A DNA stretch of 64,000 bases from an uncultured Acidobacteriota bacterium (lineage in GTDB: Bacteria > Acidobacteriota > UBA6911). This document shows, piece by piece, positions 31,090 through 42,277 of this stretch (the first letter of the stretch is position 1; each line of letters begins with the position of its first letter). A program made the translations under genes and the position numbers. The DNA is taken from NCBI GenBank assembly GCA_963809485.1, contig CAWEJX010000008.1:609699-673698 (forward strand), given 5' to 3'. The notes beneath the pieces are model-generated. The model was given only the letters and a program-made list of their open reading frames with translations. It did not search any database and was not told the origin of the DNA.

Positions 31090-33243
31090 TTCGTTGTAAA
31101 CAACGAACAGGTCGCTCAAAGGCCGATGGATGATATTGAACCGTACATTGGAATTCCACTCGCGCGCGTCGCTGTTGTACTGCACCAGCGCATTCAGGAA
31201 AACCGTGGTCGAGAACGAATAATTAAAGCGCATGGCCAGAAGGTTGTTTTTGAAGTGCCCATCGGGCTGCGGCAGAGAAATATTGTCGTGCATATAGTTG
31301 AGCGAGGCATTCATCTTGTAGCTCGCCCGATAGTTGATCCCCATCTGGTAGGAATGCCTGTACCCGCCGTAAAACTTGCCCAGGCCATAGCGTCCGTTGC
31401 CGGAAACGCTTTTGGAACTGTCGGTCATTCCCAGGATGAAATATTCCTCGTTTTTGTACCAGCCTGCGGGAACCTGGATCTGGTGCGCATTGGAAATGGT
31501 AAAGGGATATGGAATCAGCTCGAGGCCTTGTTCTACGCCGGGCTCGAGAAACGCGCCGTCCTGGAAACGGATGGCATAGTGATAGTTGATTTGCCGCGTG
31601 TCGGTTTTGCCATCCGCATTCAGTATGTAGTCGAAATGCACGTGCGGGCTCATGCTCCGTATCCACTTGCTGACCGACTCGGGGCGCCACGTGTACTCCG
31701 GGTAGCCGGTGAATTTTTTAATTCCCGTTCTGGGGACAAAGCCCATTTCGTCCGTGAAGTTTTCCTGGATATCCAGGTAGGATGCGCGCAGGTTGTAGGT
31801 CCGGTCCTTATATTCGAAACCGGCGCGCGCGGCGAGGTTGTCGTGGTCCATGCCTTCCAGCGGGCTGAAGGACTTCACCGCGTAAGCGTTCAGGGTCACG
31901 GCCTGCCCCAACCGGAAATTGGCGTCGGCGCCGAAGGTGCGGTTGTAATGCGGCCCCGACTCTTCCTTGTTGGTCATCATGACGCCGATATCGGAATTGG
32001 CAAAAATGTTCCGGCGCACGCGGCCCACGGCAAAGTTTGTGGTGCCGATGTCCTCGTAGGCCTGCTGCTGCATATCGAGCAGGCCGAATTCCCATCCGGA
32101 TGCGCGGCCTGTAAGGCGCGTTCCACCATAGATGGGGATGGCGGCGCCGCCATCGGACAGCCCGATACGGCGGCTGAAAAAGAGTATGAGGTCGTTTTCC
32201 ATCATGCCGCCCATCGAGGCGCCGCCGGGAGGAGGTCCCAGGTCCATAAAATTCATGGAATTATCCCCCGGCCCGAACTGGAAAATGCCCGAGTTCTCGA
32301 GGAAGAAATCGCGCTTTTCCGGGAAGAAGAGGTCGAACCGGGTCAGGTTGATCTGCTGCTGGTCGGCTTCGACCTGGGAAAAGTCCGTGTTGTAGGTGAA
32401 ATCCCACGTGGTGCCGCTGGTCAGGCCGTATTTCACGTCGAACCCGACATCCCCGTCCTCGTCGTAGGGCTCCTCCCCGGTCTTGGCAAGGCTGCCCGAG
32501 ACGTAGGGCTTTATCTTCAGATTCACCCCCGGCTTGATGCCTTCCAGTTCTTCAACCGTGCCCGCCAGCGACACGCGGTTCAGGTTGTAGATGCGCGGCA
32601 AGGGCGACCAGAAACTGTCTTCGTTGCGCCCGCTGCTTCGCAGGTTGCGGTGGACATTGATGCCCCAGGTCTGAACGTCCGCGGAGCGGAACTTGAGCGT
32701 CTTGAGCGGAATGGATATCTCGGCGATCCACCCGGCGTCGGTGCGGGAAGTCTTCACGTACCAGACGCCGTCCCAGCTGCTGTTGATCTCGCGGCCCTCG
32801 TTGATCATCTGGGCATCGTACTTGGCTCCCTTCGCGTTGGTCGCAAAGATGTAGCCGTTGCGCTCGTCGTGGAACGTATCAAGGATGATTTCCACGGCGT
32901 CCCCGGCGTTGGTGCCGAAGTCCTTTTTCAGCTCGTTGGTCACGATCGCTTCCGGCAGGCTGTCATGCATGAAAAGGCCGAGATAGATATTGCCGCTGTC
33001 ATACAGCATCTGCACTTCCGTTTGTTCCGACGCGGGCTCGTTCGGGTGCGGCTCATTCTGGATAAAGCCGGTGGCAACGGGGGCTTTGGCCCAGACCGCT
33101 TCGTCGAGCTTGCCGTCGATGTCGATCTTGTCGCTGATCCGGACCGCTTTCAGCTTGTGTTCGAGCCGCGCGCTTTCGTAGTCGATTTCGTTTGTGGACG
33201 GGACCCGTCCGAACATTAGCAGCAGAGATAGCAATAGATACAT
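31015..33243 (-). CDS. CBM9-like / DUF5916 domain secreted protein
   Basis: 'IDGKLDEAVW', 'WIAEISIP', 'NTDFSQVEAD.QQINLTRF.LFFPEKR.FFLE', beta-barrel-like C-terminus. Confidence 0.88.
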   Translation of the reverse strand: MYLLLSLLLMFGRVPSTNEIDYESARLEHKLKAVRISDKIDIDGKLDEAVWAKAPVATGFIQNEPHPNEPASEQTEVQMLYDSGNIYLGLFMHDSLPEAIVTNELKKDFGTNAGDAVEIILDTFHDERNGYIFATNAKGAKYDAQMINEGREINSSWDGVWYVKTSRTDAGWIAEISIPLKTLKFRSADVQTWGINVHRNLRSSGRNEDSFWSPLPRIYNLNRVSLAGTVEELEGIKPGVNLKIKPYVSGSLAKTGEEPYDEDGDVGFDVKYGLTSGTTWDFTYNTDFSQVEADQQQINLTRFDLFFPEKRDFFLENSGIFQFGPGDNSMNFMDLGPPPGGASMGGMMENDLILFFSRRIGLSDGGAAIPIYGGTRLTGRASGWEFGLLDMQQQAYEDIGTTNFAVGRVRRNIFANSDIGVMMTNKEESGPHYNRTFGADANFRLGQAVTLNAYAVKSFSPLEGMDHDNLAARAGFEYKDRTYNLRASYLDIQENFTDEMGFVPRTGIKKFTGYPEYTWRPESVSKWIRSMSPHVHFDYILNADGKTDTRQINYHYAIRFQDGAFLEPGVEQGLELIPYPFTISNAHQIQVPAGWYKNEEYFILGMTDSSKSVSGNGRYGLGKFYGGYRHSYQMGINYRASYKMNASLNYMHDNISLPQPDGHFKNNLLAMRFNYSFSTTVFLNALVQYNSDAREWNSNVRFNIIHRPLSDLFVVYNERRNSVSGDLIDRAVILKLTYMFAR

Positions 33244-33290
33244 TCAGCACCTGCACCTGGTTATGGAAAGGGGTGATTTTACCATGAATT

Positions 33291-33396
33291 TTAACGCCGA
33301 CGAACGCTGATAAACGCTGACGTACGCTGAAAAATTATATATAAATATGTTTTTTTCGGCGTTCGTCAGCGTTATGTCGGCGTAGGTCAGCGTTAA
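33291..33396. repeat. Complete ACGCYGAC palindromic element between divergent genes
   Basis: 4+4 motifs; ATG 33397 follows immediately. Confidence 0.95.
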
Positions 33397-34762
33397 ATGT
33401 ATATAAAGAAGCAGCTTGAGCGGCATCCGGTCGCGTACCTCGTGGCCTTGTACGTTTTCCTGGCTCGCCGTCTACCTTGCGACCGTCCCCATGGCGCGCG
33501 TGGACGGCCAGCTGACGGGGTCGGACGGATCCTTTTATTACGCGTACCTGCCCACGCTGCTGCTGGACCACGACCTGGATTTCAGGGACGAATACGCCGG
33601 CCTGCTTCCGGTAGACGCTTTAAAAGATCAGCCGGTCTCTCCTTCGGGCCATTATTCCAACAAATATGCGATCGGCTGCGCCATCCTCTGGGCGCCCTTT
33701 TTTCTTGCCGGCCACGTCCTGGCCCTGTCACTCCGGGCGCTGGGACACGATGTCGCCCTCGACGGAATAGGCTACATCTATCAGGTACCCACGATGCTCG
33801 GCAGCCTCACCTGCGGATTTGCCGGCGTCCTGCTCGTCTACGGCTCCTGCCGGCGGTTTTTCGGCAGGCCGGCGAGCGCCGCCGCGGCCGCGCTGGCGTG
33901 GCTGGGCACGAACGTGGTCTACTACATGGTCGTCGAGCCCTCCATGTCGCACGCCTGCTCGTTTTTCGCCGTCTCCCTTATGTTGTACCTCTGGCTCAAG
34001 TACCGGCCCGAGCCCTCGCTCGCCGGGTGGGTTTGTCTCGGGGCCGCCGCCGGGCTGATTGCCCTCGTGCGCCTGCCGGATGCGATGTGGGCGGCGCTGC
34101 CGGTGCTGGACGCTTTGCTCGCTCTGCGCACGCGCGCAGTTGCGGCCATCGTCCGCTATTTTAAAGGGCTTGCGGCTTTCGGTTTGACCGCCGCGATAGT
34201 TTTTACGCCGCAGATCGCCGTGTGGCGGGCCCTGCGGGAAATCCATGCCAAAGGGATCTATCCCAACGCCGGGGGTAATTTCGACTGGTTCTCGCCGGAT
34301 CTGTTCAATATTCTTTTTTCGCTCAAGCACGGCTTTTTTCTCTGGCACCCGCTGCTACTGTTTGCCGCCGGCGGGCTTTTCCTGCTGTATCGCCGTAACA
34401 GGATCGTCGCCTGCCTGCCGGGCCTGATTTTCGTTTGCCAGCTTTATGTCCTCGGGTCCTGGTGGGGATGGACGGGCGGCGACGCGTTCGGCGGCAGGCT
34501 CCTCATCAGCTCGATCCCGGCGCTTACGCTGGGGCTGGCGGCCCTCATCGACCGGGCGGACAGCCGCGGAGCCTGGCGCATGGTCTGCCTCGCGGCCGCC
34601 TGCATTCTTGCGTGGAACGCGCTCTTCGCCGCGCAATATTCGCTGGGCTACATTCCCAAAGCGAAGGCGATCACGTGGAACCAGATGACCGTGGGCAAGA
34701 TTTCGATGATGAAGAGCATTTTAACGCCGACGAACGCCGACACCGACGCCGACGAACGCTGA
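33397..34762 (+). CDS. GT-C-like membrane glycosyltransferase, probable frameshift near 33465
   Basis: 'SDGSFYYAYL', 'NKYAIG', 'EPSMSHA', 'GGDAFGGR', many TM segments; N-terminus MYIKK... lies in another frame. Confidence 0.7.
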
Positions 34763-34767
34763 AAAAT

Positions 34768-35784
34768 ATGAAAGATCCGATGGATATATTGCTGAGTGTC
34801 GTTGTGCCGGCGCACCGGGCGGATGAGTCCCTGCACCAATGCCTGTCGAGCATTGCGCATACCTCGCCTTCCCCGGATGAGGTCGTCGTGGTTGCGGACG
34901 GGGCGGCGGAGGGCATCGGCCGGCTGGCGGAGGAATTCGGGTTCCGGCTGATCCGCAATCCCGTTGCCGGCGGACCGGCCCGGGCCAGGAACATCGGGGC
35001 CCGCGAGGCCCGGGGCGATCTTCTGTTCTTCGTCGATTCGGATGTCACGATTGCGCCGGACACAATCGCCCGCATCAAGGACGAGTTCGTCCGGGACCCG
35101 GGATTGTCCGCGGTCTTCGGATCCTACGACGACCGGCCCGCGGCCGCGAATTTTCTCTCGCAGTACCGGAACCTCTTCCATCATTACGTCCACCAGACCT
35201 CCAGCGAAGACGCGTCGACCTTCTGGGGCGCGTGCGGGGCTGTGCGCCGAGAGGTTTTCGCGGACCTGGGGGGATTTAACGAAGTCTACCGGCGTCCCTG
35301 CATCGAGGACATCGAGTTCGGCTACAGGATGAAGCGGGCGGGACACAGGATACGTCTGATAAAAACGCTCCAGTGCAAACATCTGAAAAGCTGGAAAGCC
35401 CTGTCGCTGCTCAAATCGGACATTTTCGACCGGGCGCTTCCCTGGACGGAACTGATCCTGCGCGACCGAAGCCTGATCAACGATCTGAACCTCAGACATT
35501 CGAACCGGCTGAGTACCGTGCTGGTTTTCGCCTTCGTCCTCCTCATCTTCCTTTTCGCCGTTTTCCCCCGGCCGGATGTTCTCTGGGCCGCGGCGGCCGT
35601 TTTCGCCGCCTTTTTTGCGCTGAATTTCAGCCTTTACCGGTTCCTGTTTCACAGGCGCGGATTTTGGTTTATGATGATGGCCGTTCCATGGCATTGTATT
35701 TATTACGTGTGTTGTGGAGCGGCGTTTGCAGTAGGGCTTGTCCGCACTGTGCTTGTCCAATCCCCTGCGATGCCCGGGAAGTAA
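34768..35784 (+). CDS. GT2 family glycosyltransferase with C-terminal TM helices
   Basis: 'SVVVPAH', 'GPARARNIG', 'FVDSD', 'IEDIEFGYR'. Confidence 0.9.
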   Translation: MKDPMDILLSVVVPAHRADESLHQCLSSIAHTSPSPDEVVVVADGAAEGIGRLAEEFGFRLIRNPVAGGPARARNIGAREARGDLLFFVDSDVTIAPDTIARIKDEFVRDPGLSAVFGSYDDRPAAANFLSQYRNLFHHYVHQTSSEDASTFWGACGAVRREVFADLGGFNEVYRRPCIEDIEFGYRMKRAGHRIRLIKTLQCKHLKSWKALSLLKSDIFDRALPWTELILRDRSLINDLNLRHSNRLSTVLVFAFVLLIFLFAVFPRPDVLWAAAAVFAAFFALNFSLYRFLFHRRGFWFMMMAVPWHCIYYVCCGAAFAVGLVRTVLVQSPAMPGK

Positions 35785-35820
35785 ACCAAGCACCACAATC
35801 TGGCGCAGGAAGAGTTGGTA

Positions 35821-37227
35821 ATGGCAGCGGAATCCCAATCACCGGTCGTGATCATCGGCGCAGGCCCGGCGGGCTTGACGGCGGCGTATGAGTCCGTGAA
35901 ACGCAACCTGAGCCCGGTCCTGATCGAAAAGGCCGACAAGGTGGGCGGGATCGCGCGCACGGAATTCTACCGCGGCTACCGCTTCGACATCGGCGGACAC
36001 CGGTTCTTCACGCATTTCGAGGACATCCAGCGCACCTGGGAGGAGATGCTGGCGCGCGATTTTATCGAGGTGCCGCGGATTTCGCGCATTTACTACAAGA
36101 AGCGCTTCTACCACTATCCGCTCAATTTCTTCAACGCGATCTCCAATCTCGGCGTCTGGGAAAGCCTGATGATCATGGCCAGCTACGTCCGGGCGAAACT
36201 GCGGCCCCACGAGCAGGAGGAAAACTTCGAGCAGTGGGTCACCAACCGTTTCGGATGGCGCCTCTACGAGACCTTTTTCAAGACCTACACGGAAAAGGTC
36301 TGGGGAATCTCCTGCCGGGAGATCCAGGCCGACTGGGCGGCCCAGCGCATCAAGGGACTGGACCTCAAGAGCGTGTTGCGCGACGCCATTCTGGGAGAAA
36401 GCAGGCAGAAGGTGAAAACCCTGGTCCGCCAGTTCCATTACCCCGTCGAAGGCCCCGGCATGATGTGGGAAAGCATGCAGAAGCAGGTTGAACGGCGCGG
36501 CGGCCGCGTCCTGCTGAACTCCGAAGCGGTACGCATCCGGCACGACGCCCACGCAGTGGACGCCCTTTCCGTGCGCAATTGCGAGAAGGAGTTCAACCTG
36601 GCCGGCTCGAGTTTCATTTCGAGCATCCCGCTGGACGAGCTTGTCTTCCTGCTGGATCCCCCTCCCCCGGAGCAAGTCCTGGACGCGGCGCGCAACCTCA
36701 CCTACCGCGAGTTCATCCTGGTCGGGCTGATCGTGAACAAGCCGAACCTGTTCCCCGACAACTGGATTTACGTGCACAGCTCCGATGTGAAGGTGGGGCG
36801 CGTCCAGAACTTCAAAAACTGGAGCGCGGCCATGGTGCCCGACCCGAGCCGCACCAGCCTGGGCATGGAGTATTTCTGCTCGGAAGGCGACGAGATCTGG
36901 AATTTGCCCGACGCCGAGCTGATCTCCATCGCGAAGAAAGAGCTCGAGATGCTGGGCCTGGGCCGGGCGTCGGCGGTGGAAGACGGAGTCGTGTACCGGC
37001 AGCCCAAAGCGTACCCGGTGTATAACAACGGCTACCGCCGGCATGTTCAGACCATCCGCGAATACCTCGGGACCTTCGTCAACCTGCAGACGATCGGGCG
37101 CAACGGCCTGCACCGTTACAACAACCAGGACCACTCGATGCTCACCGCCGCGATGGCCGTCGGCAACCTCGCCGGCGAGAAGAACGACCTCTGGTCCGTC
37201 AATACCGAGCCAAGTTACTACGAATAA
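35821..37227 (+). CDS. FAD-dependent oxidoreductase (UDP-galactopyranose mutase/HemY-like)
   Basis: 'IIGAGPAGL', 'DIGGHRFF', 'YTEKVWG', 'GRNGLHRYNNQDHS'. Confidence 0.85.
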   Translation: MAAESQSPVVIIGAGPAGLTAAYESVKRNLSPVLIEKADKVGGIARTEFYRGYRFDIGGHRFFTHFEDIQRTWEEMLARDFIEVPRISRIYYKKRFYHYPLNFFNAISNLGVWESLMIMASYVRAKLRPHEQEENFEQWVTNRFGWRLYETFFKTYTEKVWGISCREIQADWAAQRIKGLDLKSVLRDAILGESRQKVKTLVRQFHYPVEGPGMMWESMQKQVERRGGRVLLNSEAVRIRHDAHAVDALSVRNCEKEFNLAGSSFISSIPLDELVFLLDPPPPEQVLDAARNLTYREFILVGLIVNKPNLFPDNWIYVHSSDVKVGRVQNFKNWSAAMVPDPSRTSLGMEYFCSEGDEIWNLPDAELISIAKKELEMLGLGRASAVEDGVVYRQPKAYPVYNNGYRRHVQTIREYLGTFVNLQTIGRNGLHRYNNQDHSMLTAAMAVGNLAGEKNDLWSVNTEPSYYE

Positions 37228-37534
37228 TAACGCTGACGTACGCTGACCTAACGCTGACATACGCTGAAAAAATATTTATATATTTTTTTTGTCAGCGTAC
37301 GTCAGCGTTATTCCTCCGCGAAACTCGGTTTTCGCGAGGAAGCCGGATTTTTTACCAGTCTATAGGATATTTGACATCACAAAGAAGCCGGAAATGGAAC
37401 CGGGCCGCGTAGCGGCCAGATGAATTTAGCCAGCCTTTAAGGCCTGGATCTAAAGGGGTTAGGTTTTCCGTCGCGTAGCGACGGCTGAATCTCAGGCGTC
37501 GGCGTCACGTCGGCGTAAGTCAGCGTTATTCCTC
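37228..37534. repeat. ACGCYGAC element with nested partial copy of the REP-bearing MITE
   Basis: Element 37228-37310, MITE fragment ~37317-37500 homologous to 42939-43124, extra right arm to 37528. Confidence 0.85.
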
Positions 37535-37598
37535 TCAGGCTCCGCCCCCGATTGCGCTATATTGTAATTAGCATTACTGAGCGCAGTGAGGTGCGGCC

Positions 37599-39341
37599 AT
37601 GCATCCGACAACACTCATCCACAGATCCCCCAATCCCAAAATCGTGGATATGGTCAAAGAACTTGGCGCATCGCGTTCCGAGGTCGTCAAAATTCTGCGA
37701 GCCTTGCAGGCGGAGCACGGCCGCCTGACATCGCCCCTGATCGCCGACGTCGCCCGCGAACTGCGCATGCCCGAGTCGCAGGTCCACGGGATTGCCACCT
37801 TCTATTCCATGCTGACCACGCCGGCGCCGCAGGAAAGGACCATCCGGGTATGCGACGGCCCCTACTGCATGATGAGGGGCGCAGGGGACCTGCTCTGCCA
37901 GATTCAGGCTGAACTGGGAGCCAGCTGGACGATCACGCGCACAAGTTGCCTCGGGCTCTGCGACCGGGCGCCGGCGGCGCTCGTGCGCGACAGCCAGGTA
38001 GGCCCGCTTCAGATCGAGCACATCGACCGGTACCAGATCGGCTGGTGCGGTGAGGTTTCCGACTATCGGGAACCGCGTCCTGCCGAGGTCCGGGCCGTGC
38101 TGCCCGACCCGTCGAAAGCCCGGGAGCCGGTTGAAATGGAATTTGCCAAAGGTCAGTTCCCTGCTCTTAAAAAGGCCCTGCAGATGTCACCCGATAAGAT
38201 CCTGCGCGAGATGGAGGATTCAAAGCTGCGGGGCCGCGGCGGCGCCGGCTTCCCCGCGGCCCGCAAATGGGGTTTTGTCGCCGCACAGCCGCGCAAGCCC
38301 AAATATGTTGTCTGCAATGCCGACGAGTCCGAGCCCCTGAGCTTCAAGGACCGCGTGCTGCTCGAACTCTGTCCGCAGCTGGTGCTCGAAGGGATGGCCG
38401 TCGTTGCCTGTGCCGTGGGTGCAGAAGCCGGGTACGTTTATATCCGCGGCGAATACAGCAGTCAGGTGAGCCGCCTTCTGGGAGCCATTGCGGAGGCCGA
38501 AGAGCGCGGCTGGCTGGGCTCGCGCATCGCCGGGAGCGGATTCTCGTTTTCGGTGCATGTGCATCAGGGAGCCGGAGCGTACATTTGCGGCGAGGAGACG
38601 GCGCTGCTGGAATCGCTGGAAGGGAAACGAGGCGAACCCCGCACCCGGCCGCCGTTCCCGGTTGAGCACGGCTATCACGGCCACCCGACCGTCGTCAGCA
38701 ATGTCGAAACGCTTGCCGCCGTGCCCAAGATCCTTGCTTACGGAGCCGACTGGTACCGCTCGCTCGGCGATCCAAACGCTCCCGGCACCAAGCTCTACAC
38801 CCTGCTGGGCGAAGTCAACCGGCCGGGACTCTTCGAGGCCCCGTTCGGTCTGACGCTGAGGCACATCATCGACACTTACGGCGGCGGCATGCGCGATGGG
38901 TCCACCTTCCGGTTTGCGCTCACGGGAGGCGCGGCAGGAACCATCGTGCCGCCTTCACTCCTGGACGTGCCGATGAATTTTGATTCCGGCGCTCAGGGTG
39001 TTTCCCTGGGAGGCGGCGGGATGCTGATCTGCGACCAGACGGTATCCCCTTTGCGGATGCTGCGCGAACTGCTGCGCTTCTTTGAACTCGAATCCTGCGG
39101 CAAGTGCACCCCCTGCCGTATCGGCACCTACGAATCCAGAAAAATTCTCGACCGGATGCTCGCGGGCGCGGCCTCGCCCGGAGACACCGGGCGCCTGGCA
39201 GACCTGGTGACGCTGATGCGGGAAGCCTCGCTCTGCGGCCTGGGAATGTCCGTGTGCAAGCCCGTTTTATCGGCCCTCAAATATTTCCCGGAGTGCTTTT
39301 CCTCTGACAGCAGCGCCTTGAAACGAGGAGCGGGACAATGA
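37599..39341 (+). CDS. NuoE-NuoF fusion, NADH-binding subunit of formate dehydrogenase
   Basis: 'ATFYS', 'VCDGPYC', 'CLGLC'; 'LRGRGGAGFP', 'NADESEP', 'GAGAYICGEETAL', 'ESCGKCTPCR'. Confidence 0.92.
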   Translation: MHPTTLIHRSPNPKIVDMVKELGASRSEVVKILRALQAEHGRLTSPLIADVARELRMPESQVHGIATFYSMLTTPAPQERTIRVCDGPYCMMRGAGDLLCQIQAELGASWTITRTSCLGLCDRAPAALVRDSQVGPLQIEHIDRYQIGWCGEVSDYREPRPAEVRAVLPDPSKAREPVEMEFAKGQFPALKKALQMSPDKILREMEDSKLRGRGGAGFPAARKWGFVAAQPRKPKYVVCNADESEPLSFKDRVLLELCPQLVLEGMAVVACAVGAEAGYVYIRGEYSSQVSRLLGAIAEAEERGWLGSRIAGSGFSFSVHVHQGAGAYICGEETALLESLEGKRGEPRTRPPFPVEHGYHGHPTVVSNVETLAAVPKILAYGADWYRSLGDPNAPGTKLYTLLGEVNRPGLFEAPFGLTLRHIIDTYGGGMRDGSTFRFALTGGAAGTIVPPSLLDVPMNFDSGAQGVSLGGGGMLICDQTVSPLRMLRELLRFFELESCGKCTPCRIGTYESRKILDRMLAGAASPGDTGRLADLVTLMREASLCGLGMSVCKPVLSALKYFPECFSSDSSALKRGAGQ

Positions 39342-42137
39342 CATTCAAGGTGACGATCAACGGCCGTACCATGGAGGCGCAGGAGGGCATGACGGTCGTT
39401 CAAGCGGCTGAAGCCTGCGGCATTGTCATCCCCACCCTCTGCCATCACCGGGACCTGCGGCCGGCCGGTTCCTGCAGGCTGTGTCTGGTGGAGATTTCGC
39501 CGCCTGCCGGCCTGGCAACGGCCTGCACGCTCGAGGTGCGCGAGGGCCTCACGGTGCAGACCGAAACGCCGCGGCTCGCGGAGATGCGCCGCTCGATCCT
39601 GAGACTGCTCCTGGAAGACTACGCGGATGCGGGCTATGCGGCAGGAGACGGCGAGGATACCGAATTCGAAAGATGGCTCAAATTCTACGGCGTTCAGCGG
39701 CGGCCGGGGCAGCCGCCCCGTCTGCGCTATCCGGTCAACGCCGATCCCAACCCCGTGCTCTGGGTGGATATGAACAAGTGCATCCTGTGCACGCGGTGCG
39801 TCCGCGCGTGCGCGGAAATACAGGGCAGGTTCGTGTGGGGAGTCGGCGAACGGGGCCATCGCGCGCGCATCCTGGCCGGCACCGACACCAGCCTGCTGGA
39901 AGCCCGCTGCGAGTCCTGCGGCACCTGTGTCGCCTACTGCCCGACCGGCGCCCTGGACGACAGGATGTCCGTCGGGTCCGGCCGGCCCGACAAAACGGTC
40001 GAGACCATCTGCAGCTACTGCGGCGTAGGCTGTCACCTGGACCTGAATGTACGCAAGGAACGCATCACCCGCGTTACGACGCGCCCGCAGTTTCCGGTCA
40101 ATGGGCTGCAGCTTTGCGTCAAAGGCCGTTACGGCTTCGATTTTGTGAATCACCCCGACCGGCTGCTGCGGCCTCAGGTGCGCCGCTATCTTCTTGAAAA
40201 TCGCGAAAGACCGGCAGGGGGGCGGGATGAATTTGTTCCGGTCGACTGGGAGACGGCTCTGGACCTGATCGCGTCGAAGCTCTGCCGGATCAAGGCAGAT
40301 GCGGGACCGGACGCCATCGCGGTGCTCGCCTCGGCCAAGTGCACCAACGAAGAAAATTATCTGATCCAGAAGTTCACCCGGCAGGTGATCGGCACCAACA
40401 ACATCGACCACTGCGCGCGCCTCTGCCACTCATCCACCGTCGACGGCCTGGCGCTCTGCTATGGTTCGGGCGCCATGAGCAACACCATGGAGGACGTGGC
40501 GCAACACGCACAGGCGCTGTTCATCATCGGCTCAAACACGACCGAGCAGCACCCGGTTTTCGGCACAATGCTCAGGCAGGCTGTCCTGCGCCGCGGGATT
40601 CCGCTGGTGGTCGCGGACCCGCGCCGTATCGACATCACCGAGTTCGCCGCGCTTCATCTGAAACAGCGCCCGGGAACGGATGTCGCCCTGATCAATGGCA
40701 TTATGCAGATCGTGCTGGCCAACGGCTGGCAGGACCAGTCTTTTATCGACCGGCGCTGCGAAGGATTCGAGCAGTTCCGCGCTGCCGTGGAGTCCTACAC
40801 GCCGGAGCGCGTGGCGGAAATAACCGGAGTCCCGGCCGGACAGCTGCGCCAGGCGGCTGAAATTCTTTCCCGGCATCATCCGATGGCCACCCTGTGGTCC
40901 ATGGGCATCACCCAACATACCACCGGCGTGCTGAACGTGCTCGCGCTGGGCAACCTGCAGATGCTTTTGGGAAACATGGGGATCCCGGGCGGCGGGGTGA
41001 ATCCGCTGCGCGGGCAAAACAACGTGCAGGGGGCCTGCGACATGGGAGCCCTGCCCAATGTCTTTCCCGGCTATCAACCGGTGACCAGTCCGGAGGCGAG
41101 CTCCAAATTCGCCGAAGCGTGGCAGCTGGAAGCATCGGACTGGAAACCGGAAGAGCCGTCATCGTTTCGGATGAGTGGCACTCCCGGGCTGACGGTGACG
41201 GAAATGATTGCGCAGGCCGGCGCCGGAAAAATCAAAGGCCTGTATATCGTGGGCGAGAATCCCGCCATGACCGATCCGGACGTCACTCATGCGCAGAAAT
41301 GCCTGGCCGCCTGCGAGTTTGTCGTCCTGCAGGAGATATTCCCTTCCGAAACGGCGGTGATAGCGGACGTGCTGCTGCCCGGAACTTCATGGGCGGAGAA
41401 AGAGGGGACGTACACCAACACCGAGCGCCGCATTCAGCTCGGACGCCGGGCGATTCAGCCATTGGGCGAAGCCCGGCCGGACTGGATCATCATGGCGGAC
41501 CTGGCACGCCGCGTCATGGATCGGGAAAAGCGGGTTCCCGTGGGGTCCATGGCTGCCTGGCAGTACGGCTCTCCGTCGCAGATCATGGAAGAGATCGCCG
41601 CGCTGACGCCGGACTACGGAGGCGTCCGCCACCAGCGGCTGGAGCGCGGGGAACAGCTGCACTGGCCCGTCCCGACCGTCGATCACCCGGGCACGCCGAT
41701 ACTGCACGTCGGGACAGTTCGCACGCGGCAAGGGCAGGTTTCATGTGGTGGAGCATCTGCCGCCGCAGGAAATGACGGACAGCGAATATCCGCTGGTGCT
41801 GACGACGGGCCGCGTCCTCTACCACTGGCATGGAGCGGAGATGACGCGCCGGGCGCAGGCGCTGCGGGACCTGTATCCGGAGACGGTGGTGGAAATCAGC
41901 CCGGAAGATGCGGCAAAGATCGGGCTGAACGGGCGCAAGACAGTGCGCATCCGGTCGCGCCGCGGTGAAATGATTGCGCAGGCTTTGATAACGGATCGCG
42001 TCTGCGCGGGCCTGGTCTTCGGCAACTTTCACTTCCCCGGCCTGCAGAACGTCAATAACCTCACGATCGCCGCGCTGGACCCCGTCTCGAAAATACCGGA
42101 ATACAAAGTCTGCGCCGTCCGCCTCGAGCCGGTCTAA
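39338..42137 (+). CDS. fdhF: Formate dehydrogenase alpha subunit (Mo/W-bisPGD, Cys-type), frameshift near 41715
   Basis: 2Fe-2S and 4Fe-4S motifs, 'CSYCGVGC', 'CARLCHSS', 'LRGQNNVQG'; C-terminal 'LTTGRVLYHWH...KIPEYKVCAV' in ORF 41745..42137. Confidence 0.92.
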
Positions 42138-42277
42138 GACATCGCCTCCTCCGGGATTCCGGGGGGTCCATCAAGCCAGGTGGAATCAAGAGAGTTTGGC
42201 TAGCGTCTTTTTGCATGCGACACCCTTCTGCGGACTGCGTATAATATGATCGTGGCAACGGATGCAGCCGCTGCCTA

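Noticed and set aside
40410-40440. Selenocysteine in formate dehydrogenase
   Set aside because: The active-site codon is TGC (CARLCH), not TGA.
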